Source of the DNA: a virus
Taxonomy: Duplodnaviria; Caudoviricetes
Length of the DNA: 51,351 bases
Reading direction: 5' to 3' (one strand)
IMG/VR virus record: IMGVR_UViG_3300037482_000077
Location: 1 to 51,351 of that record
Below, in pieces: positions 25,429-33,152 of the stretch. Position numbers and translations under genes: made by a program. Under the pieces are notes generated by a model that made no database searches, was not told the DNA's origin, and saw nothing but the letters and a program-made list of their open reading frames with translations. Each line of letters starts with the position of its first letter. Position 1 is the first letter of the stretch.

Positions 25429-28424
25429 GCGTACCTCTGTGCGCGGCTGAATGCGCCGACCGCCTCGCGCGCCCCAGCCCCGGCCGCCCGCTTGACCTCG
25501 GCCGGCGTGCCGCTGGCGACATTGACGACGATGTTGATGGGCGGGCTGCCCGCGCGCTGGCCTTTGGTGAAATCGACGACGCGCTCGTTGGGGTGCAGGA
25601 TGGCGTTGAAGCCACCTTTGCCATCGACCCCGCCGATGCGCTGGCCGCTGCCGGTGAAGCCGCCCCCGTCGAACGACGGGGTGAAGCTGCCGCCGCGCGA
25701 GACGTTCGCGGGGCTCGTGGCGCCCGCCGAGGCGCCGCCCCCGAAGTAGGCGCCGGCTGCGGTAAAGGCGAGATCCAGCCAGCCGCCCTTGCCGTTCTTG
25801 CTCGGCCCCATGATGCGGTTGGCGAGATCGGCGGCGACCGCTTCCGCGATCATTCGCTGCAACATTTTCCCGAACCCCGCGAGCATGCCGTCGAGGCCAT
25901 TCGCGAACGGGTCGAACAGGAAGTCGGCGAACGCGTCCTGCATGTTGCGCGCGGCCTGCTTGGTGAATTCCTCCATCATGTCGGTGGCCTTTTTGGCCTC
26001 CGGCGCGATGTTGCCCAGCGCGGTCGAGGCGGCTTCGCCGAACTGCTCGGCGCTGATGCTGCCGTCCTTGAAGGCATCCGCCAGGAACTGCATCGTCTGG
26101 CGCTGCGCTTCGAGTTGCGCGGTGGGGGTGGCCGCGATCAGGTCGTTCAGGCGCTTCTGATCGGTGGCGGCGTGAATCGCCGCGCTCGCCGAGGCGGCTT
26201 GTGCAATGGCGACCTGCTGCCACGGCTCGGGCATGCGCGCCCACTCGGGCGAGCGCATCAGGTCGTAGAGCGTCGCCTGCGCGGCGTTGAGCTCCAGCGT
26301 GCTGCGCCCCGCTTCGATATTCGTGCGCGCAATCGATTCCACTGCGCGCCCGTATGCTTGCGCGGCATTCACGTCAAAGCCGGCGTTCAGGTCTTCTCGC
26401 GGACCTTTCGGCGTGCGCGTCTTCGCCGGCTCGTTTTTCTTGTCGAGCTCCGCCAGCGCGGCCTTGTATTGGCGCAGCGCCGCGACGTGCGAGGCGTTCG
26501 CCGCGTCAAATGCCCCGTCAAGGCTGGTCTGCTGGATGACCTCCACGAACCCCTTGACGATGTCCTCGCGCGCCTTCGTGAGTTTCTGCTCGCTAGTGGC
26601 GAACTTGCTCACGTACTGGTCGAGCGCGTCCGCCCCGACTTTGGCGGCGTTGGCCCGCGCCGTGCCGATCTGCGTTTCCAGTTCGATCTGGCGCTTGGCG
26701 AAGGTCGCGAGCTTGTCCTGCATCTCCCGTCCTGCGTCCGAAAACATCCCGCGCCCGCCTTTCTCGTCGAGCCTGTCCAGCGCGTCCTTCAGGAACTTGA
26801 CCTCGGCGCGGATCGTCTTCAATTCCGACTCGCCGGCCGCGAGCGTCTGCTCGAACGACGTGCGCGAGGCGCGCGCCAGTCCCGCGTTCAGCATGTCGAG
26901 TTTCTCGATCATGTTACTGATGCGCCGGGTCACGGCCCCCTCGACATCAGCGGTCGCGCTGTCGGCCTTGTCGCGCCACGACAGCCACGCCGCCCCGCCC
27001 ACGAGTAGCGCCGTGGTGGCGATACCGATCGGGCCGCCCAGGAGCGCCAACGCGCCCCGCGCCAGGCCCGCCGCACCCGCGGCGGCAGTCGATGCCGCCG
27101 TCGATGCGGCCGTCGCGGCGGTGAGTCGTGCGGTGGCTGCCGCCGCAGCACTGGTTGCGACGGTCTGCGCCTCGCGCACGGCGGTGAGCTTCGCGCCCAC
27201 GCCGGCCGCCGCCGCTTCCGTTGCCGCCAGTTGCCGCGACAGGTCTGCGAGCACCCTCAGCCGCGCGGCGCGCCCGGTGTCGCTGATCTGCGCCGCGAGA
27301 CGGGTCTTTTCCTGCGCGATTTCGGCGCGGATGATGAGCGCCGTCGAGGCGAGCCGCTCGCGGTCGGCGGCGATTTCCAGTTGCGCCGCGGCGACCGCCG
27401 CGCGCGCCTTCTCCATCTCGGAGACCGCCGCCGCCTTATTGACCGCCGCGCGGCGCACCTCGGCCGCTTCGGATTGCGCTACTGCTGCGAGGGAGGCGCG
27501 CTGCGCCGCGATGTTCGCCACCGTGGCGGCGACCCCTTGCCCCATCGCCGCGACGTATTTCCCGATCGCCGCGGCGACCCCGACCCCGAGCACGTTGGCC
27601 ACGGTGTCGAGGTTGTTCGCCAGCGCCGTCATGCCGCCCGCGACGGTCGCGGTGAGGCCGGTCGCCCGGTTAGCGTCGGAGGCGAGCTTGTCGAACGCGT
27701 TGCCGATGGCGGTCGATGCCCGACTGATGGTCGGCGGCATCTGTGCGAACTCGGCTTCGACTTTCTTCAGTCCTTTTTCGAGCGCCGGCAGCACGACATC
27801 GGTCGTGAGGCGCCCGGACTCCGCCCATGCGCGCAGTTCGCCGCGCGCCACCCCGAGGCCGTCCGCGAGCGCCTTCATGAGCCGCGGGGCGCCCTCGTTC
27901 ATGGAGTTGAACTCGTCGCCGCGCAGCGTCCCGGATTGCAGCGCCTGGGAGAACTGCGTGAGCGCGCCAGCCGAGGCGGCTGCGGAGGCACCGGACACGA
28001 TGAGCGCTTTCCCGATGCCGTCCGTCAGTGCAAGCAGGCGCTGTTGCGACACGCCCAGCCCGTCGGTCGCGCGCGCCATGCTCGTGTACAGCTCGGCGTT
28101 CGCGCGAAAGCTCGTCTGCGACGCCTGCGACGCCCGGAACAGTTCACCCTGCACCATCGCCAACTCGGCACTGGAGGCAGTGACGAGCCGGATGCGCGCC
28201 TCGATGTTCTGCATCTCATCGGCCGCGCGCAGCATCTGACCGGCCACTGCGGTAATGCCGAGGCCGGCGATCGTCGCGCCAAGCGTCGTGAAGTGACGCG
28301 CCAGGCTCGCCGTGGAGGCTTCTGCGCGCGCACCGGCGGCATCGAGCCGCTGCAGGTCCGTCGCGGCCCGCTGCACGCCATGGGATCGGACCTCGATCCC
28401 GAGCGTGGCGATCTCATTGGCCAT
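25425..28424 (-). CDS. Tail tape measure protein
   Basis: 999 aa, Ala-rich; QALQSGTLRGDEFNSM; C-terminal FDGGGFTG...LHPNE. Confidence 0.95.
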   Translation of the reverse strand: MANEIATLGIEVRSHGVQRAATDLQRLDAAGARAEASTASLARHFTTLGATIAGLGITAVAGQMLRAADEMQNIEARIRLVTASSAELAMVQGELFRASQASQTSFRANAELYTSMARATDGLGVSQQRLLALTDGIGKALIVSGASAAASAGALTQFSQALQSGTLRGDEFNSMNEGAPRLMKALADGLGVARGELRAWAESGRLTTDVVLPALEKGLKKVEAEFAQMPPTISRASTAIGNAFDKLASDANRATGLTATVAGGMTALANNLDTVANVLGVGVAAAIGKYVAAMGQGVAATVANIAAQRASLAAVAQSEAAEVRRAAVNKAAAVSEMEKARAAVAAAQLEIAADRERLASTALIIRAEIAQEKTRLAAQISDTGRAARLRVLADLSRQLAATEAAAAGVGAKLTAVREAQTVATSAAAAATARLTAATAASTAASTAAAGAAGLARGALALLGGPIGIATTALLVGGAAWLSWRDKADSATADVEGAVTRRISNMIEKLDMLNAGLARASRTSFEQTLAAGESELKTIRAEVKFLKDALDRLDEKGGRGMFSDAGREMQDKLATFAKRQIELETQIGTARANAAKVGADALDQYVSKFATSEQKLTKAREDIVKGFVEVIQQTSLDGAFDAANASHVAALRQYKAALAELDKKNEPAKTRTPKGPREDLNAGFDVNAAQAYGRAVESIARTNIEAGRSTLELNAAQATLYDLMRSPEWARMPEPWQQVAIAQAASASAAIHAATDQKRLNDLIAATPTAQLEAQRQTMQFLADAFKDGSISAEQFGEAASTALGNIAPEAKKATDMMEEFTKQAARNMQDAFADFLFDPFANGLDGMLAGFGKMLQRMIAEAVAADLANRIMGPSKNGKGGWLDLAFTAAGAYFGGGASAGATSPANVSRGGSFTPSFDGGGFTGSGQRIGGVDGKGGFNAILHPNERVVDFTKGQRAGSPPINIVVNVASGTPAEVKRAAGAGAREAVGAFSRAQRYA

Positions 28425-28743
28425 TCGTGTCGTCCTTGTGCATTTCGGTGAGCGCCGCGTCTTCCATGGTCCGGATCGCGTCGAAGAGATCCGGCCAGTG
28501 CGCGCGGGGAATCTGCTGCAGGCGCATCACCACCGGCAGGGCGTTGTAGTCGAGCCCGGTGCGCCCGCAATGGGCGATGCGCCACTGCGTCCCGAGGGCT
28601 GCGAAGAGCTGGACTGCCGGCCAGTTTTCCGGCCAGACCTCTACCGCCGTCTCGATGTCTGCGCGCGTGAGGCCGAACAACCGCAACTCATCGTCGCTCG
28701 GCTGCTTCGCGTACAAGGCACGGGCGGCGGCCCTCAGTTTCCC
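28414..28743 (-). CDS. Tail assembly chaperone T part (DUF1799-like), expressed by -1 frameshift
   Basis: EVWPENWPAVQLF...TQWR...GLDYNAL; no own start codon; entered via the slippery site. Confidence 0.8.
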   Translation of the reverse strand, partial: GKLRAAARALYAKQPSDDELRLFGLTRADIETAVEVWPENWPAVQLFAALGTQWRIAHCGRTGLDYNALPVVMRLQQIPRAHWPDLFDAIRTMEDAALTEMHKDDTNGQ

Positions 28744-29048
28744 AAGCGGGCCTGCGTCAGTTCCTGGATGTAGGACGAGAACAGCGCGGCGGCGGCGCCG
28801 TGGTAGTTCTGCAGCAGGTCGGCGAGCGACGCTTCGGAAAATTCCGCATCGACGCCCTCCCACCCCGCGATCATGTCGAGCGTCGCGTGTAGGTCGTCCT
28901 GCTTGCCGGCGGTCGCGTCTTCCCAGAACGCTTTGAGCTGGTCGCGCGTGCGGTGCTTGTAGAGGACGCACAGATCAAGAACCTCCCCGCCCGGGGAGGG
29001 GATCTTGACCGTCGCCTTGAACGTCTGCGGCGGGCTGATCTTGAACAT
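28734..29048 (-). CDS. Tail assembly chaperone
   Basis: MFKISPPQTFKATVKIP...ARLGN; lies between tail tube and TMP. Confidence 0.85.
   Translation of the reverse strand: MFKISPPQTFKATVKIPSPGGEVLDLCVLYKHRTRDQLKAFWEDATAGKQDDLHATLDMIAGWEGVDAEFSEASLADLLQNYHGAAAALFSSYIQELTQARLGN
28737..28743 (-). promoter_or_regulatory. Programmed -1 ribosomal frameshift site G GGA AAC
   Basis: X XXY YYZ heptamer immediately before the TAC stop codon, as in lambda gpG/GT. Confidence 0.8.
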
Positions 29049-29050
29049 GA

Positions 29051-29701
29051 TCAGGAGGCGTAACGGGTCATCAGGCCCGACAGCGAGAACGAGCAGGCGA
29101 GCGTCATCGCCTGATTGACCGTCATCTCGGGCACGTCCGACAGCGACCAGTAGCCGTTGTAGTAGATCTTGGCGCCGTTCGGGAGCGTCACGCGCATGGC
29201 GGTCGGGGTATTGGTGTCGGAGGCGGCCTTGACGACCGCATACCACGATTGCGACGTGTCGTCCGCCAGGGACAGCTCAAGCGAGGACGCCCCGCGCACG
29301 GTCGGGATGCGACCCTGTCGGCGCGCGGAGAGCAGTTGATACTCGAAATACTGCTGCTCGCCAGACGCCCCTTGCGTGTTCAAAATCTGCGTGACGTTGG
29401 TCCAGGCGGTGATTTCCCGCACGGAACCGGTGCCGGAGCCGGCCGGGTAGATGGTGGTCGAGCTCGTGTCGACCCCCTCGAAGGTGATGTCGTCGGTGGC
29501 GACCACCGAGGCGCGCACGATGCGCCCTTCGAGGTCTTCCCATCCGGAGGTCACTTCCAGGATGTCATTGACGATGACGCTGTGCCCGGTCGCGAGGGTG
29601 GCGACGCCGGGGTCGGCGTTGGTGATGGCGGACATGGTCTTCGAGGCGCCGTAGGTGCTGGCGATGGCGATTTGCGAACCGTTCGGCAGAGTCAATGCCA
29701 T
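29051..29701 (-). CDS. Major tail tube protein
   Basis: LPNGS, SAITNADP, EVTSGW and SGEQQY motifs. Confidence 0.9.
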   Translation of the reverse strand: MALTLPNGSQIAIASTYGASKTMSAITNADPGVATLATGHSVIVNDILEVTSGWEDLEGRIVRASVVATDDITFEGVDTSSTTIYPAGSGTGSVREITAWTNVTQILNTQGASGEQQYFEYQLLSARRQGRIPTVRGASSLELSLADDTSQSWYAVVKAASDTNTPTAMRVTLPNGAKIYYNGYWSLSDVPEMTVNQAMTLACSFSLSGLMTRYAS

Positions 29702-29720
29702 TTGTGTATCTCCTGAAATG

Positions 29721-29743
29721 AAAAAAGCCGCTCAAGGCGGCTT
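29721..29743 (-). terminator. Intrinsic terminator upstream of the tail tube gene
   Basis: AAGCCGC-CTTGA-GCGGCTT followed by a T run. Confidence 0.65.
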
Positions 29744-29770
29744 GTGGTCAGTTGCGGCAGCGGTGTGGTG

Positions 29771-30184
29771 CTAGATCACGTCGGACAGGTACCTGAAACT
29801 TACGGGCACGACGTACAGACCCGGCTCGTTCTGGCCGGGGCCGGCAGACACGGGGCTTGTTTGGGTGACGGTGATCGCGCCCGAGGTGAGGCGCAGATTC
29901 ACCGGGAATAAGGTATTCAACTCGCCGAGGATCGTTTCGGCGGCGGCAGGCCCGGCCCCGTCCGGCACGACGATCGACACCTGGAAGACGCCGAGGTATT
30001 GCCGGTGGTCGCCTTTCAGGTCATCGCTACCGGTGGCGGCTGGCAGCAAGAAACAGCGCAAATGCGTGGCCGCGGGGGGCGCGAAGGCGGCGTTCTGCCA
30101 TGCCACTTGCAGCACGGGCGAGTGCGCGGCGGCCCATGTCGCGAGGCGCGACTCGTAGGCGGTGCGGATCAGTTTCTGACTCAT
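29771..30184 (-). CDS. Tail terminator (DUF4128-like)
   Basis: IRTAYESRLATWA, VAWQN, YLGVFQVSIVVP and YVVPVSFRY motifs. Confidence 0.85.
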   Translation of the reverse strand: MSQKLIRTAYESRLATWAAAHSPVLQVAWQNAAFAPPAATHLRCFLLPAATGSDDLKGDHRQYLGVFQVSIVVPDGAGPAAAETILGELNTLFPVNLRLTSGAITVTQTSPVSAGPGQNEPGLYVVPVSFRYLSDVI

Positions 30185-30194
30185 GCTGCCCCTG

Positions 30195-30227
30195 AAAAGA
30201 AAAAGGGCGACTCCGAAGAATCGCCCT
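30195..30227 (-). terminator. Intrinsic terminator closing the guide-RNA array
   Basis: AGGGCGATTC-TTCG-GAGTCGCCCT followed by TTTTCTTTT. Confidence 0.85.
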
Positions 30228-30236
30228 CTGTTTTCT

Positions 30237-30525
30237 GCCGTTTTCGGCCCTTGCCAAACCGTACTTCGCCAGGCAATGCCACGCATTGCTCGGCCACGCC
30301 ACATGATGCTAACTGCATCGGGTAACAGCCATCGGCCGCTATCCGCTGTTTTCAGCCCTGGCCGCTCCGAGACATGCCTCGGATCGCAACGACATGCATC
30401 GCCCCGCCGAGTGGTGCGCTAACCGCATCCCCAAGCGCCAGATAGACGCTTGAGGCTGTTGTCAGCCCGTGCCGTGCCCCGCAATGCCCTGCCCAGCAAT
30501 GCCGTACCGCGCGGAACCAAGCCGC
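30237..30525 (-). ncRNA. Array of three ~110-nt putative guide RNAs built of (GGY-like)+NN pentamers, each capped by a conserved hairpin
   Basis: Pentamer tracts at 30469-30523 (11), 30359-30408 (10) and 30251-30300 (10); caps GGGCTGACAACAGC, GGGCTGAAAACAGC and GGGCCGAAAACGGC with a compensatory stem change. Confidence 0.8.
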
Positions 30526-30533
30526 GAGGTCAA

Positions 30534-31022
30534 TCAATCCTTCACATCAAACCGCAAGCGCCGCGCCTTCCGCGCCTGCTGCGACAGGAACGAGAGCCGC
30601 GCGATAGCGTTCGCGTTCTCCCGCGCCTCGTCATGCGAGAGCGCGCTGCGATCCACAAAATGCAGCCGGCGCCCCATCTTGCGTAGCTCCGACTTCACGC
30701 GGCGCATGCCGTCCTGCATCGCGAACGCCGTCTGCTTCGCCGGCTCGACGATCATGTAGCCCTGCCCCGGCACGGCGCGCAGGCACATGGCTTTCTCTTC
30801 CAGCAGGAAGGTCGCCAGTGCGTCAACCTGCGACAGCAGCGACAGCCGCCAGCTTTCGTACTCCTGCGCCGTGATCCGGCCTTCAGGCTTCTGAAGACTC
30901 ATCGCGGCCTGCATCTCGTCGTGCGGGACAATTTGCCCGTAGGTGTACTTTTTGCCGAACAGCTCGGCCGCCGCGTTCTTCCATGGCGGCAGCAGCGACA
31001 GCGACTCGTCTTCGTTGCCCAT
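30534..31022 (-). CDS. Accessory protein of the RAMP/pentamer-array cassette, function unknown
   Basis: TGATG-coupled to the RAMP gene; LRAVPGQGYMIV wing-like motif; basic helical C-terminus. Confidence 0.75.
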   Translation of the reverse strand: MGNEDESLSLLPPWKNAAAELFGKKYTYGQIVPHDEMQAAMSLQKPEGRITAQEYESWRLSLLSQVDALATFLLEEKAMCLRAVPGQGYMIVEPAKQTAFAMQDGMRRVKSELRKMGRRLHFVDRSALSHDEARENANAIARLSFLSQQARKARRLRFDVKD

Positions 31023-31594
31023 CAGATCACCTCGACATCAAAGCGCCCGAAGCGCGGGCGGTAGGTACCGATGCCGATTCTACGGCCAGCCTCTTCAACC
31101 ACGCGGACCAAGTCGCCGCGGTCGATCACGTCTTCCATGAACGCGACTTCGAATTCCGCCGCCCACTTCAGGAAGATCGGCCGGCATCGCATGATCTTCT
31201 TGCCGGCCACATTCACCCCGCGCACGTCTGCGAACTGTGTTCCCGCGGCCCACAGTTTTTCCTTCTTTCGCGGACCGTCGTATTCGAGTTTGGCGCGATC
31301 AGTCAGCACTTGAACCGCCTGTTTGATGGTCTTGCCGAGCCGATGAATCTTGCCGGCCTCCGCGACGCATCCCTCGAAGTTCAGTGCCGGGATGAATGGG
31401 CCAACGTCGTCCGCGTAGTACATCGATGCCGACCACTCGGACTGCATGAGCCACAAGTAATCATCTTCGGACTTCTTGCGCTTCCCACTGACCGCCTTGT
31501 GCGCTTTCGTCAGTTCGTGCAGCGGATTGGCCAGTGTTTCGGCCTGCATCAGCAACGGCGACGTGCCGGTGATCCTGAATTTGATCGTTTCCAC
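31022..31594 (-). CDS. Stand-alone RAMP (Cas7-like) RNA-binding protein
   Basis: IKFRITGTSPLLM (RRM beta1), PFIPALNFEGCV (cf. P.IPgsslKG), thumb-like DVRGVNVAGKKIMRCRP, C-terminal Gly-rich loop GIGTYRPRFGRF. Confidence 0.75.
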   Translation of the reverse strand: METIKFRITGTSPLLMQAETLANPLHELTKAHKAVSGKRKKSEDDYLWLMQSEWSASMYYADDVGPFIPALNFEGCVAEAGKIHRLGKTIKQAVQVLTDRAKLEYDGPRKKEKLWAAGTQFADVRGVNVAGKKIMRCRPIFLKWAAEFEVAFMEDVIDRGDLVRVVEEAGRRIGIGTYRPRFGRFDVEVI

Positions 31595-31653
31595 GGTTAG
31601 CTCCTGCTCGATGGCCTGCTGTGCGGGCGACGTGCCCTAGCGCCATAAACAGG

Positions 31654-31681
31654 ATTCTACTACCTGTTACGGTAGTGTCAA
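31654..31681 (-). promoter_or_regulatory. Sigma70 promoter of the RAMP cassette with an internal palindromic operator
   Basis: TTGACA-CTACCgtaacaGGTAG-TAGAAT; further CTACCG half-sites toward the XRE gene. Confidence 0.75.
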
Positions 31682-31747
31682 TATCTTTTGCGAGTGCTAC
31701 GCTACCGCTATAGACAAAATTTCTACCGGCCGTAAAGCGAGGCGAAA

Positions 31748-31969
31748 ATGAGCGACATGATTACCGGGCAAAAATTACGCGCCATCAGGGCGCTCAAGGG
31801 CATCACCCAGGCAGAACTGGCCGCCTCTGCCGGCGTTTCTCCCACTGCGATTGCCGAGTTCGAGACCGGCAAGCGCGACATTCGTGCATCGACCGTCGCC
31901 AAGCTCTGCGAGGCGCTCGGGGTGTCGGTGACCTACAAGGTTGATGGGACTGAGATCAGCGGTCCATAG
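31748..31969 (+). CDS. XRE-family HTH regulator, divergent from the RAMP gene
   Basis: LRAIRALKGITQAELAASAGVSPTAIAEFETGKRD. Confidence 0.9.
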   Translation: MSDMITGQKLRAIRALKGITQAELAASAGVSPTAIAEFETGKRDIRASTVAKLCEALGVSVTYKVDGTEISGP

Positions 31970-31972
31970 CCG

Positions 31973-32362
31973 CTAACCGCCGTAGCGCGCTTGAATTTCT
32001 GTGAGCGTCAGTTTCACTATGCCAGCCGGGGCCTGCTTGCTGCTGCCGTTTTCGAGCTTCAGCGCATACGGCAACGAGTTCGTGCAGAAGATCAACGCGC
32101 CATCCATTAGCCGTGTCGTCGCGACCGCCGAGGCAATGCGCCCGATCGTTCCGCCTCCGCTCTTGTCGGTCGTGGTGCTGGTTGTGACGTTGGGGGCGCC
32201 GTGGCCGATTACGAAATTCGCCCTGAATCGCCCAGTATCGACTGGGGATTTTTTCACCATGCCGGAGAACGCCTCGAGCATGATTTTTCGCACGCCCGTA
32301 TCGGCCTGCCCGTTCGCCCTGGCAACGAGCCGCGACAGGTCCAGCGAGAATTTGCCGGCCAT
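31973..32362 (-). CDS. HK97 gp10-like tail completion protein
   Basis: SPVDTGRFRANF and NSLPYALKLENGSSKQAPAGIV motifs. Confidence 0.9.
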   Translation of the reverse strand: MAGKFSLDLSRLVARANGQADTGVRKIMLEAFSGMVKKSPVDTGRFRANFVIGHGAPNVTTSTTTDKSGGGTIGRIASAVATTRLMDGALIFCTNSLPYALKLENGSSKQAPAGIVKLTLTEIQARYGG

Positions 32363-32364
32363 GG

Positions 32365-32724
32365 TCAGCGCCTGATCTGCACGGTATGCAGCACCGCGGT
32401 TCCGGCCGGCGACGTGGTATTGACGCTGACCACGCCGTATTCGGTCGCGCCGACCAGAATGCGGTCGTCTGGCTCGGGGGCGGTGACGCCGGCCGGTGAC
32501 AGCAACACGTACTTGTCGCCGCGCTGGATCATCGAGCCGTCGATCTGCTTGGTGGCGTAGTCGAACACCGCGCCGCTACCGAGCTCGTCCGTCACCGTCA
32601 CCGCCGCCGATCCGGTCGCCGGGTCATACGCGCCGGCCGTGCGGTGGCGCACCGTCACGGCTTGGCCGAACTCGACGATCAGTTCGTCGGCGACGGCGGC
32701 CAGTTCGGTGTAGTCGAAACTCAC
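32365..32724 (-). CDS. Head closure/head-tail joining protein
   Basis: GAYDPATG, IDGSMIQRGDK; position in the operon. Confidence 0.8.
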   Translation of the reverse strand: MSFDYTELAAVADELIVEFGQAVTVRHRTAGAYDPATGSAAVTVTDELGSGAVFDYATKQIDGSMIQRGDKYVLLSPAGVTAPEPDDRILVGATEYGVVSVNTTSPAGTAVLHTVQIRR

Positions 32725-33152
32725 TGCGCAAGCTCCAACAGATCTATTCCGTTGCCGCAGTCCGTCTGGAACACACAGGCAACCGCTACCGCCTCATGCG
32801 CCCGCCGTCCGAGGTACATGGCGGCCTCTGCATAGTCGCGGCCAGAGCCGAACGCACAGCGCGACTCCTCGATGGTCAGCGGGAATGGCCCGGTTGCGTA
32901 GGATTGAATCCCGCTCTTCGTGATCACGATCAGCGTCGCCTCATCGTCTCGCGCCTTCGCCGGAAACCTCTCAGGGTCTGCGCCAGACTTCCACCACTCT
33001 CGCATTTCTGCTCCAACGTCGTAGTTTCCAGTGATGGCCAGAAGCGCACTGCCGTGCCGCTGGATCTTTGTCACGGTGCGAGCGATGCCGCCGCCCGTCG
33101 TCGCGCGTTTGTCAGCCGCCAGAATTCGCCCGTCCCACGCGATGACAGTCAT
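32721..33152 (-). CDS. Ntn-hydrolase (HslV/proteasome beta-like) protein
   Basis: M-T-V-I-A-W-D-G...AADK N-terminus and AFGSG motif. Confidence 0.7.
   Translation of the reverse strand: MTVIAWDGRILAADKRATTGGGIARTVTKIQRHGSALLAITGNYDVGAEMREWWKSGADPERFPAKARDDEATLIVITKSGIQSYATGPFPLTIEESRCAFGSGRDYAEAAMYLGRRAHEAVAVACVFQTDCGNGIDLLELAQ

Noticed and set aside
25419-28451. Long plus-strand ORFs (25419-27008, 26287-28239, 27231-28451) and similar ones such as 43953-45584
   Set aside because: Antisense shadows of real GC-rich genes, with low-complexity S/A/R composition.
30359-30523. Self matches for decoded guides 1 and 2 in nearby tail genes
   Set aside because: The best alignments found by eye (tail terminator, tail tube, head closure genes) matched only about 10-11 of 22-24 bases, which is not distinguishable from chance.
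30237-30525. Canonical CRISPR array
   Set aside because: No 23-47-bp identical repeats with unique spacers and no cas1/cas2/cas6; conservation is at triplet level plus a 14-nt cap.
30027-30537. ORFs 30027-30302, 30352-30537 and the 5' extension of 29771-30304
   Set aside because: They are translations of the 5-nt-period array (W/R/G/A/H-rich), lack an RBS, and some cross a terminator; the tail terminator gene starts at 30184.
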